Assembly (NCBI GenBank): GCA_019186845.1
Contig: JABARW010000063.1
Span: forward strand, 26,337-90,336
DNA from: Planctomycetota bacterium
Lineage (GTDB): Bacteria > Planctomycetota > UBA8742 > UBA2392
Reading direction: 5' to 3'
Length of the DNA stretch: 64,000 bases
The notes under the pieces were generated by a model. The model ran no database searches. It was not told the origin of the DNA and saw only the letters and a program-made list of their open reading frames with translations. This document shows, in pieces, positions 38,168 to 47,700 of the stretch. Both the position numbers and the translations under genes were made by a program. The first letter of the stretch is position 1, and each line of letters begins with the position of its first letter.

Positions 38168-38380
38168 CTTGCCCGCGAGACGAAACCCACAGTGCGGGCT
38201 TGAGACCCTTCAAGGCCAAAGCTTCTCTGCCGTTGAACCTGCGCGCCCCGCCAATATGATGTTTGCCCTGCGTTGCGAGCCTTGGAGGCCGCAACCATTT
38301 GCGCTGGTCTGCGCCCCACGAGGGCGATGAGAACTGACGACACTGGCCAAGGACCAGCAGGACCCCGAAGGATCCCGAAG

Positions 38381-40273
38381 ATGAGCACAGCAACGGCAGC
38401 ACCGCCCGCCCAGCAGACGCGTGTGATCAACGATTTCAGCTTCCATGTGGCCACGGCCAACGGCTCGGGCTCGCAGACCGCGAACATGGTTCTGCTCCGC
38501 GGCCTTTTCAAAATGGGAATTCCGGTCAGCGGCAAGAACCTGTTTCCCAGCAACATCCAGGGCCTGCCCACCTGGTTCACCATCCGCGTGAACAAGGACG
38601 GCTGGATCGGCCGCGCCACGACGCCGGACATCATCATCTGCATGAACCCGGAAAGCGCGATCGAGGACGTGGAGACCGCGCGCAAGGGCGCCGTGCTGAT
38701 CTACGACGACAGCCTGGGGCTTTCCAAGATGCGCCCGGACTGCATCCACTATCCCGTTCCTTTCAAGAAGCTGGTGGTGGACGCCTGTCCCGACCTCAAG
38801 CTGCGCAAGCTGGTCATCAACATGCTGTACGTCGGCGTGTGCAGCGCTCTGTTCAACATCGCGGAAGACAAGCTGATGTCCGCTCTGTCCGCCCAGCTCA
38901 AGACCAAACCCAAGGCGGTCAAGGTCAACGAGCCGGCGATTACCCTGGGCCGCAAGTGGGCGCTGGAGAACATCAAGAAGGTGGACCCCTTCTGGTGCGA
39001 GCCCCTGAACAAGAACGGCGGCAAGATCATCATTGAGGGTAACGCCGCCACGGCCCTGGGCCTGATGTTCAACGGCTGCACCGTCGCTTCGTGGTATCCC
39101 ATCACGCCCTCCTCGAGCCTGTGTGAATCGCTCGAGGATTACATGCGCGACTACCGCGTGAACCCTGACGGCAAACGCACGTTTGCCGTCATCCAGGCCG
39201 AAGATGAGATCGCGGCCGTCGGCATGCTGGCGGGCGCCGGGTGGGCCGGCGCGCGGTGCTTCACCAGCACCAGCGGCCCCGGCATCTCGCTCATGAACGA
39301 GATCATCGGCCTGGGCTACTTCGCCGAGATTCCCTTCGTGATCTGCAACGTGGCCCGCACCGGCCCCTCCACGGGCCTGCCCACTCGCACCATGCAGGGC
39401 GACATTCTCAACGTCATTTACGCCTCGCACGGCGACACCAAGCATGTCGTGATCTTCCCCAGCAACCCCAAGGAAGCCTTCGAGTTCGCGGGCGTAGCGC
39501 TGGACCTGGCCGAACAGCTTCAGACCCCGGTTTTCATCAATTCGGACCTCGACCTGGGCATGAATTACTGGATGAGCGACCGCTTCGACTACCCGACGGG
39601 GCCCGTCAAGCGCGGCAAGGTATTGCACAAGGCCGACCTCGAGAAGCTGAAGGGCCAGTGGGCCCGCTACCGTGACGTGGACGGAGACGGGATTGGTTAT
39701 CGCACGCTGCCCGGCACCGACCACCCCAATGCCGCCTACTTCACGCGCGGCACCGGCCACACGGAAATGGCCACGTACAGCGAAAAGGCCACGGACTGGA
39801 AGAAGAACATGGACCGTCTCACCCGCAAGTTCGAGACGGCCAAGACCCTCGTGCCCAAGCCGGTGATCGACGGCTACACCAACCGCGTCGGCATTCTTTA
39901 CTTCGGCACGACCGAATCGGCCGTGCGCGAGGCTGCCAGTCTGCTGGAGAAGCAGCACGGCCACAAAGTGGACCTCTGCCGTGTGCGCGCCTTCCCCTTC
40001 AGCCGCGAGGTGGAGGACTTCCTGGCGACGCACGAGCGCGTGTATGTCGTGGAAATGAACCGCGACGCGCAGATGGCGATGGTCATCCGCGCCGAGTTGC
40101 CGCGCTTTGCCATGACGCTGCGCAGTATTCTGCACTACGACGGCCTGCCCCTGACGGCGGGCGTGGTGGTGGAGCAGTTCCTGGCGCAGCACAAGGACGA
40201 ACCCAATCCGACAAAGATTGCCCAGTCGGCGTCGCACGCGACGGCGGCCCTGGGCACGAAAGGCAGGGACTAA
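38381..40273 (+). CDS. korA: 2-oxoacid:ferredoxin (acceptor) oxidoreductase alpha subunit (fused gamma-alpha type)
   Basis: ATG 38381. ANGSGSQTAN..GKNLFPSNIQG (gamma-like), then GNAATALG..ASWYPITPSS..QAEDEIAA..TSGPG.SLM.E. Substrate specificity not determinable. Confidence 0.85.
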   Translation: MSTATAAPPAQQTRVINDFSFHVATANGSGSQTANMVLLRGLFKMGIPVSGKNLFPSNIQGLPTWFTIRVNKDGWIGRATTPDIIICMNPESAIEDVETARKGAVLIYDDSLGLSKMRPDCIHYPVPFKKLVVDACPDLKLRKLVINMLYVGVCSALFNIAEDKLMSALSAQLKTKPKAVKVNEPAITLGRKWALENIKKVDPFWCEPLNKNGGKIIIEGNAATALGLMFNGCTVASWYPITPSSSLCESLEDYMRDYRVNPDGKRTFAVIQAEDEIAAVGMLAGAGWAGARCFTSTSGPGISLMNEIIGLGYFAEIPFVICNVARTGPSTGLPTRTMQGDILNVIYASHGDTKHVVIFPSNPKEAFEFAGVALDLAEQLQTPVFINSDLDLGMNYWMSDRFDYPTGPVKRGKVLHKADLEKLKGQWARYRDVDGDGIGYRTLPGTDHPNAAYFTRGTGHTEMATYSEKATDWKKNMDRLTRKFETAKTLVPKPVIDGYTNRVGILYFGTTESAVREAASLLEKQHGHKVDLCRVRAFPFSREVEDFLATHERVYVVEMNRDAQMAMVIRAELPRFAMTLRSILHYDGLPLTAGVVVEQFLAQHKDEPNPTKIAQSASHATAALGTKGRD

Positions 40274-40275
40274 TC

Positions 40276-41337
40276 ATGGCAGGAACCACTGAAACCGCTC
40301 CTCCGGCGGAATCCAAGCAGCCGCAGGTCAACCGCATCGGCCTGGCCAAGAAGGACTACGGCGGCCTGAAGAGCACCCTGTGCATCGGCTGCGGCCACGA
40401 CTTGATCACGGCCCGCATCATTGACGCCTGCTACAACCTCGGCATCCGTCCTGAACAGGTGGCCAAGCTCTCGGGCATCGGCTGCTCATCCAAGACGCCG
40501 GCCTACTTCCTCAACCGCGCCCACGGCTTCAACGCCGTGCACGGCCGCATGCCCGCCATCGCCACGGGGGCGCAGGTCGCCAACAAGCACCTCAAGCTGA
40601 TTGCAGTCTCGGGCGACGGCGACAGCGCCAACATCGGCATGGGTCACTTCGTGCACGTCATGCGGCGCAACCTGAACCTGACCTACATCGTTGAGAACAA
40701 CGGCGTGTACGGCCTGACCAAGGGCCAGTTCAGCGCGACGGCCGACAAGGGCAGCAAGCAGAAGTCGGGCAACGTCAACCCCAACGACCCCATCGACCTC
40801 TGCGAGATGGCCTTCATGCTGGGCTGCGGCTTTGTGGCACGTCTGTTCGCGGGCAACACCAAGCAGATGACCAGCGTGATAGAGGCCGCTCTGGCCTATC
40901 AGGGCCTGGCCCTGCTGGACATCATCAGCCCCTGCGTGACCTTCAACAACCACGAAGGCAGCACCAAGAGCTTCCCCTACGCCAAGGCCAACGAAGAACC
41001 CCTGCACGACATCGGCTTTGTGCCGGCCTACGATCCCACCTACATGGAAATGGATCACGGCGAGGAACGCGAGATTACCCTCTCCGATGGCTCGCACATC
41101 ACGCTCAAGGCACTGGCGCGGGACTTTGACCCCACCGATCGCAAGGCAGCCGCCCTGCAGATCATGGAGGCCAAGAACACCAACAAGATCCTCACGGGTC
41201 TGATCTACGTGAATCCCAAGGCCGAGCTTTACACCGAGCAGCTGGGCCTCATTGACACGCCGCTGGCCCTGTTGACGGAGAAGGAGACCCGTCCGCCGGA
41301 AGGCGTCCTCAAGCAGATTATGGACGACCTGGCCTGA
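40276..41337 (+). CDS. korB: 2-oxoacid:ferredoxin oxidoreductase beta subunit (TPP-binding)
   Basis: CIGCGH.., SGIGCSS, GDGD...IG..H, ENNGVYGLTKGQ. Starts 2 nt after the alpha subunit. Confidence 0.9.
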   Translation: MAGTTETAPPAESKQPQVNRIGLAKKDYGGLKSTLCIGCGHDLITARIIDACYNLGIRPEQVAKLSGIGCSSKTPAYFLNRAHGFNAVHGRMPAIATGAQVANKHLKLIAVSGDGDSANIGMGHFVHVMRRNLNLTYIVENNGVYGLTKGQFSATADKGSKQKSGNVNPNDPIDLCEMAFMLGCGFVARLFAGNTKQMTSVIEAALAYQGLALLDIISPCVTFNNHEGSTKSFPYAKANEEPLHDIGFVPAYDPTYMEMDHGEEREITLSDGSHITLKALARDFDPTDRKAAALQIMEAKNTNKILTGLIYVNPKAELYTEQLGLIDTPLALLTEKETRPPEGVLKQIMDDLA

Positions 41338-41360
41338 ACGCGGCCAAGCCCCAGGGCAAC

Positions 41361-41395
41361 GAAGCCCCGCGATTTCGCGGGGCTTCCTTTTTCTG
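41361..41395 (+). terminator. Rho-independent terminator after korB
   Basis: GAAGCCCCGCG-ATTT-CGCGGGGCTTC followed by CTTTTTCTG. Confidence 0.65.
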
Positions 41396-41427
41396 TTCGC
41401 AATGCAGGGAAAAGCCTGCCGCGCCGG

Positions 41428-41913
41428 CTACAGCCCGGCGTCGTCCAGGGCCTTGAGCACCTGGGCGGCGTGGCTTGATGCCGTCACCCGTTCAATCACC
41501 GCGCGGATCACTCCCTGCCGGTCTAGAATGAAAGTGACCCGTGCGGGGGCCAGGAAGCCGTAAACGCCATAAAGCCTGGCCACCCGCTTCTCCGTGTCAC
41601 ACAGCAGGGTCATGGGCAGATGCAGCTTGTCACTGAAGCGCCGCATGGTGGCCGGGTCGCTGTAGCTGATGCCAAGAACGTGAGCGCGTCGCGCGAGCTC
41701 TGAATCGGCATCGCGCAGCGAGCACATCTGCGCGGTGCAAACGGGGGTATTGGCCCGCGGGAAGAACGCGAGCACCAAGGGCCTCTCACCCAGCAGTTCC
41801 TTCAGCGATACGGGTTTTCCCGCCGCGTCAGGCAGGGTGAAGTCCGGCGCGACATCGCCCACGCGCGCCCCCGGCTGCGGGTGATAGCCGCCCAACCCCG
41901 GAAACTTGAACAC
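41428..41913 (-). CDS. Peroxiredoxin, AhpC/TSA (Bcp-like) family, Cys-type
   Basis: GTG start at 41913, 1 nt after the upstream stop. VGDVAPDFTLPD..LVLAFFPRANTPVCTAQMC. Confidence 0.8.
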   Translation of the reverse strand: MFKFPGLGGYHPQPGARVGDVAPDFTLPDAAGKPVSLKELLGERPLVLAFFPRANTPVCTAQMCSLRDADSELARRAHVLGISYSDPATMRRFSDKLHLPMTLLCDTEKRVARLYGVYGFLAPARVTFILDRQGVIRAVIERVTASSHAAQVLKALDDAGL

Positions 41914-41914
41914 G

Positions 41915-42379
41915 TCAGCCTTTCTGGGCCGTCAGCGCCTCGAGCACCGCCCGGGCATGGCCATCGACCTTGACGTTAGACCAGATGCGGGCCAGCTTGC
42001 CCTTGGGGTCAATCAGGAACGTGCTGCGCACTATACCCATGTAGGTTTTGCCGTAGTTCTGCTTTTCGGCCCAAACGCCATAGGCTTGGGCCACTTTGTG
42101 GTCCTCGTCGGCCAGCAGGCGCACGCCGAGCTGGTGCTTTTCCTCGAACTTCTTCTGCTTGGCGCAGGAATCCGGGCTGATGCCCAGCACTACCGCGCCC
42201 GCCTTGACAAACTCCTTCACCTGACCGGTGAAGTCGATGGCCTCCCTCGTTCAGCCCGGCGTGTCCGCCTTGGGGTAAAAGAAGAACACCACCCACTTGC
42301 CGGCGCAGTCCGCCAGCCTGATTTCCTTGCCGTCCTGATCCTTCAAGGCAAAGGCCGGCGCCTTGTCTCCCTCTTTCAT
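41915..42379 (-). CDS. bcp: Bcp/PrxQ peroxiredoxin with in-frame UGA (probable selenocysteine) at the peroxidatic position, 154 codons
   Basis: ATG 42379: MKEGDKAPAFALKDQDGKEIRLADCAGKWVVFFFYPKADTPG-TGA(42253..42251)-TREAIDFTGQVKEFVKAGAVVLGISPD.., in frame to the stop at 41915-41917. Aligns with E. coli Bcp FYPKAMTPGCT. The track reports only the 101-aa C-terminal part. Confidence 0.6.
42215..42233 (-). promoter_or_regulatory. SECIS-like hairpin 17 nt downstream of the in-frame UGA
   Basis: mRNA sense: UGA-N17-CUUCACC-GGUCA-GGUGAAG. 7-bp perfect stem with a G/U-containing apical loop starting GGUC. Confidence 0.45.
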
Positions 42380-42408
42380 GGCATCCTCTCTGTTGCCCCC
42401 GTTGGCCC

Positions 42409-44574
42409 GTGACTATAGCTTGCCCCACCATGCCTGAAGTTTCGCCCGAGGCAACAGTCAAACCCAGCGGCTACATGCGCCTGCCGCTACGCCTGCGCCG
42501 CCTCATCGCCGACGCGCTGGCCCTGGGCGCCTTTAGCTGCGCCTGGGTCGCCGTGTTCAGCGCCTCCGACATCGCCGGCCTCTGGCTGCGGCGCCCCGCG
42601 CTGCTGGGTCTGGCGCTGGTGCTGATCGTCAATTGGCTGGCATGGCGGCGGCTCCCGCGGCACCTCGGCCGCATCACACGCCAGGGTCTCTTTGTTTCCG
42701 GCGCCGGTCTGGGTCTGCTGTGCATGACCTTTCATCTCGCGGGAGGCGTGAACACCCTGGCGGGTCTGGCCGGCCTGCTGGCCTGCATGGCTTTGCGCAA
42801 CAGCTACGACGATCCGGACCTCGCCGCCGAAGCCGCGCTGCGGGCCGCCCGCAGCGGCGATCTGCGCGGCCCGGTGACGGTGATACGGGACAACATCGAG
42901 AACCTGGCCCTGAGCCTGGTGGTCGTGGTGCTGGTGTGGCACTTCTGCCTTGAGGCCTTCCGCATTCCCACGGGTTCCATGCTGCCGACATTGTACGGCG
43001 ATCCTGTGTGGGGCGACCGCGTGCTGGTGGACAAGTTCATCTATGAGTTCCGCGACCCCGAGCGCTGGGAGCCTACCGTCTTCCGCTATCCGTTGAGGCG
43101 CACGGACCCTTACGTCAAGCGCATCATCGGCATGCCGGGCGAGCAGGTGCTGATCGCCCAGGGAGACATCTACCTGCGGCGCCACCCCGGCGCGGAAGTG
43201 GAGTTGCTGCAGAAGACCCCCGCGGCCCGCGAAGTACTCTGGTACCCCGTCACGGGGCCAGTCACCGAGAAAGGTCAGTTCCTGAAGTGGTTCGCTCGCG
43301 AAGGCGAGGCCGACTTCGACAGCGGTGCCATCAAGCTGGGCAAGGGCGCCGTCGTGACTTTCCCCAAGGGCGACGACGGCAAGCCGGGCGACGTGCGCGA
43401 TCATGATCCCAGCGGCGAGGGCTTCTCCCCTGAAATCGGCTACAACCGGCGCGTTGTGGGAGATCTGCGTACGCGCGGCGCCATCGCGTTCACCGATCGA
43501 TTCTGGGCCGAAATCACACTGGTGCGCGACACCGAGAGTTACGTGCTGCGCCTGTCTTCGCCCGCTGAGGACCACTACCGCTATGTGGACGTGGCCCTGA
43601 CCCACCGCAGCACGGCACCCGGTACGATGGAAACGGGCCTTGACCTCGGTGACATGAAGCGCGTGGACATTCCCGGCGGCAGCACCAGCCGCAAAACCCT
43701 GAGCTTTGACCTGAGCCTGGCCGACGGCCAGCTCAGTGTGACGCTTTGGGGCAACCAGTCCCTCTGGGGCTCCCCCGAGTCCTGGACCCGGGCCGTGAGG
43801 GTCGGCTCGCCCATGCTGGACCTGCTGCGCGCCCAACCCAAGGACAGGCCTTTGAGCGAGGTGGCCCAGGCCCTCACGGAGCCGACCCCACGCCGGGGGC
43901 GCGTCTCCTTCAGCGGCGGCGCCCTGAGCGATGCGGAGTCAGGCCACAGCCCCCAGCTCATCGTGCACGGCATCGAGCGCGACGTCTATTACCTCGGGCG
44001 CATCCTCGACACCGAAGTCGGAGGCAAAACCGAACAGCGGGAGCTTCCCTTCGGCTTCAATCTGGGGCCCGACGAATACCTGGTGCTCGGCGACAACTCG
44101 CCCGGCTCCAAAGACAGCCGCTTCTGGACCGCCATCGACCTCGTGACCCAGGACGGTACTCTATTCACAGGTGGCGTGGACGACGAAGGCCAAATCATCG
44201 CCTCCCTGCTCAACAGTTTTGATGCCGGGGAACAGCTGGTGTTCAAGGATGCCGCCTCGGGCCGGACCGCCCCCTGCAGCGCGCTGCGTTCGCTTACACG
44301 CGTGGCCCGGTTCAGCCACAAAGAGCGTGGCAGCCAGATGCCCACGGACGCCGAGATTCTGAAGAACACCCTGGAAGGCCTCAAACGCGCCGCCCAAAAG
44401 CAGAACCTGACGCGGCTGCACTTCATTACGGAAGGGGGCGGCGTCGTGTACGTGCCGGTGGACGAAATCCGGGAGATTCGTGTGCGGGCCGTGGCGGGTG
44501 TCAAGCGGGAGCTGTTTGTGGGCAAGCCCTTTGCTGTGTTTCTTTGGCCCCATCGCATGAAGCTGATTCAATGA
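42409..44574 (+). CDS. lepB: Atypically large signal peptidase I (S26) with N-terminal polytopic domain and long insertions
   Basis: Catalytic Ser box FRIPTGSMLPTL, Lys box YVKRIIGMPGE, box E LVLGDNSPGSKDSRFW about 340 aa later. About 170 aa of TM helices precede the catalytic domain. Start (GTG 42409, ATG 42430 or 42475) uncertain. Confidence 0.75.
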   Translation: MTIACPTMPEVSPEATVKPSGYMRLPLRLRRLIADALALGAFSCAWVAVFSASDIAGLWLRRPALLGLALVLIVNWLAWRRLPRHLGRITRQGLFVSGAGLGLLCMTFHLAGGVNTLAGLAGLLACMALRNSYDDPDLAAEAALRAARSGDLRGPVTVIRDNIENLALSLVVVVLVWHFCLEAFRIPTGSMLPTLYGDPVWGDRVLVDKFIYEFRDPERWEPTVFRYPLRRTDPYVKRIIGMPGEQVLIAQGDIYLRRHPGAEVELLQKTPAAREVLWYPVTGPVTEKGQFLKWFAREGEADFDSGAIKLGKGAVVTFPKGDDGKPGDVRDHDPSGEGFSPEIGYNRRVVGDLRTRGAIAFTDRFWAEITLVRDTESYVLRLSSPAEDHYRYVDVALTHRSTAPGTMETGLDLGDMKRVDIPGGSTSRKTLSFDLSLADGQLSVTLWGNQSLWGSPESWTRAVRVGSPMLDLLRAQPKDRPLSEVAQALTEPTPRRGRVSFSGGALSDAESGHSPQLIVHGIERDVYYLGRILDTEVGGKTEQRELPFGFNLGPDEYLVLGDNSPGSKDSRFWTAIDLVTQDGTLFTGGVDDEGQIIASLLNSFDAGEQLVFKDAASGRTAPCSALRSLTRVARFSHKERGSQMPTDAEILKNTLEGLKRAAQKQNLTRLHFITEGGGVVYVPVDEIREIRVRAVAGVKRELFVGKPFAVFLWPHRMKLIQ

Positions 44575-44741
44575 GGCTTTGTTTGTAAGCGGTGTCTTGG
44601 GGCGTCCACATGATGGGGCTTCCCCCGCAACCTTTCCCGACTCGAAGTGTGTTACTGGCGTCGCTTGCGGCCCGCGGGGGTCTTGCGTAGACTCCCGTTC
44701 TCCCTGTGTGCGCGTAGAAGCGGCAGTACGGTTGCTATTTC

Positions 44742-47700
44742 ATGCCCAGACTGGTCTTCAAAAAGGGCGAGCAGGCGCCGGTAGAGATGGCCGGCCCCAC
44801 AGTGCTTGGACGCTCGAGCGACCAGGCCCAGATCGCCATCAAGGACAACCGCCTTTCGCGGGCCCATTGCCGTTTTGAGCCCCGGGAAGACGGCCAATGG
44901 GCCATTGTGGACCTTGGCAGCCAGAATGGCACCTTCCTCAATGGCCGTCGCGTGCGCGAAAGCGTAGTCCGCCCCGGCGACGTCGTTACGATCGGACAGT
45001 GCGACATTCTGTTTGAGGCTACAGGCGGCCCCAGCGGCAGCGACCTGATGGCCGGGGTGGCCAGCACTCGCATCAACGCCACGCCCGCGGGCGGTCCGGC
45101 CATGGAGCCGGCCGAGGACAACCCTAACTCCACACGCACGGTGGTTGCTCCAGCGGCCCTGGCGCTGATTCAGGGCACGCTCAAGGACAAGATTTTCCCG
45201 CTGCTCAAGGACGAATTCGTCATTGGCCGCAAGGCCCCCTCCGACCTGATTCTGGAGGGAGACACCAAGGCCTCGGGCCAGCACGCAAAGATCACCCGCA
45301 AGGACGCCACCACCTGGGTCATCGAAGACCTCAAGAGCACCAACGGCGTGACCGTGAACGGCCACAAAGTGACGGAAGCCGTGGTGCTCAAGAATGGCGC
45401 CAAGATCATTGTTGGCCTTCAGACGTTTCAATTCACGCTGCAGGGCAAGCCGCCGGAAACCACGGGCGTCACGGCGCCCATGAGCGCCAAAGAAGTCCAA
45501 CAGAAGCTGGCCAAGGCCCAGGCGGCTGAGGCGGCCCCGCCGATGGACCTGGGCGACCCGTCCATCGGCGAGAAGAGCGAAACGCTGGACCGTCAGGCCC
45601 TGAACGTCGACGTCAAGGGCGGCGGAGGCGGCGGCCTCATTTTCTCGATTCTTGAAGTTGTACTGGCCCTGGCTGTGGTCGGCATGGTTCTGGGCGGCGG
45701 CTACATGCTGCTTCAGGAGAGTCCCGAGACCGTGGGCGGCGGTGGCACGACCAGCGAATCCCGCGATGGCGGGCTTTTGCAGGCCGCCAATTCGTCCATG
45801 GACAAACTTGACGCCGCCGGCATGCCCGAAGGCTGGAGTTTTGATCCCGTGGGCGGAGACTCCGTCTCCATGACCGAGGCCAGCCGCGGCGGCGCCCAGG
45901 CAGTGCAGCTGACGCGCTTCAACGCAAGCAATTCCATCTCCTATCTGTTCAGCGCTCCCATTGAGGTCAAGGGCATCGGCCTCAAGGCCAGTGTCTTTGC
46001 GGTCAACAGCGAACTCTCGGCCGGGCGCACGGGCACCGCCCTGCTTTCGCTCTTCTGGTACAAGGATTTCCGCGATCCCGCCATCGCCCGCACCCCTCTG
46101 GCTGCGGCCACCAACCTCACCACCTGGACGGAACTCAAGGGCGCATCGGCGGTGCCCCAGGGCGCCAAGTATGTGCGCCTGGCCCTGGGCATCACCGGAA
46201 AGTCCGGCAGCGTCGTATTTGACGACGCCCTGCTTCAGGATGACTCCACAGCGCCCGCAGCGGCCAAAGCCGCCAGCGTCGAGTTGAAGAACCGCCTGCG
46301 CTGGACCCTCGACGAAAACGGAGTGATCTCGCTGCTGGACCGCAGCGTGGTGCTGCTGCGCAACGGTGTGGTCATGCTGCATCAGGCCGACGGCCGCGCC
46401 GATCCCCTGGACCCTCGCCTCCTGCTGCTGGCGCCCCCTGCCGTCATCTCCGGAGAGTCGGGCATCAGCGTGAAGTACCAGTACTTTGACCCCATTGCGG
46501 AAAAGCCCGTCGAGCTGCGCATTGAACTGGGCGAGAATGCCTCACAGGCCACCCTGAACGCCTTGTTCAGCCCTGGCGGCGCTGACAAGGCCGCTTCCCG
46601 CCTGGCCCTGAGTTTCGTGGCCACGCCCGCCTTCGTGCCCAGCGAACTGGTGCGCCTGGAGGGTGAGCGCGTGGCAGACTACCGCCGTGAGATGCCTGAG
46701 GAAGGCCAGCGCATCAACCTTTCCACGGCCCTGGCTGCGGACACCGGCACGGGCAATCGCCTGGAAGCCCTGAACTCGACTTCGCCCCTGTTTGAAGCCC
46801 GGGCCGGCTCGGGCGGACGTGAGCTGTTCTTCCAGGGGCCTGCCACTGTGCAACTGGGTTTCTCGCTGGGCGGCGGCCGCGAAGAACTGGCGCAGCTGGC
46901 GGCCCTGGCTTCCGCCCTTCAGACGGGCGAGACCCAGCTGGACAGGCTGGCCCGCGCCCTGACAATTTTCCGCACCTATCCCTACAACCAGCGCGAGCTG
47001 ACTATCGCCGGCCAGGCCTGCGACAGCGCAGCAACGCACTACAAGCTGCGGCACCTCGAGTTGCGCGACGGCATCAATGTGCCCGACCTGCGCCGCAACG
47101 AGGGGCTCTACATCGCCGCCATGGACGAGTGCATCAGCGTGGCCGAGCAATTGCGCGCCCGCCAGCCTGAATGGGCCGATCAGTTCCTGCCGCTGTTGCG
47201 CGGCCTTGAAACCCCCAGCATGAGCGACGTGACGCAGCGCGCGGCGCGCCAGGCCCGCGGCGCGCTGGAAGACCTGCTGCGCAGTGCCGACGATTTCGAG
47301 GCCCTTTCGCGCGTGGCCAAGCGCGCCCGCTTCTGGCTGCGCGTCTCTATTGAGCAGCGCGACAGCGGCAACCTGCTCGCCAGCGCCCAGGATTTTCTGG
47401 AAAGCGGCCTTTCAACCCAGGGGCGCATCAAGCTGCGCACCATCGTTGAAAGTTACCCGCGCTGCCTCAATGGCATCTCGGCCAAGTCGCTCATGGTCGA
47501 ACAGGCGGAAGCCGTCTATGCCGAGGCGCTCCAGCGCCGTGCCGAGGGCCTCAATCAGATTGCCGGCGCCCTGCGCCAGCGCTGCAAGGAGTACCTGGAC
47601 CTGGTGGAAGCCAACCTGCTGACAAGCCCCCGCGTGCTCACCACTGAAGAGCGCGGCTGGCTGACCCGTCCCGACGAGGGCTCCGCTTCGGACCCCCGCA

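Noticed and set aside
38210-40237. 675-aa minus-strand ORF
   Set aside because: It is antisense to korA, whose plus-strand translation carries the conserved OFOR motifs. It has a shadow-ORF composition.
42251-42253. UGA explained by an alternative genetic code (code 4/25) or simply a split gene
   Set aside because: Many well-supported genes in the window terminate on TGA (e.g. dut, CNNM, the adhesin), so UGA is a stop here. A split gene is still possible. However, the exact coincidence with the catalytic Cys and the downstream hairpin favour Sec recoding.
44652-46382. 576-aa minus-strand ORF
   Set aside because: It is antisense to the twin-FHA gene. It has no motifs and a G/A/R-rich composition.
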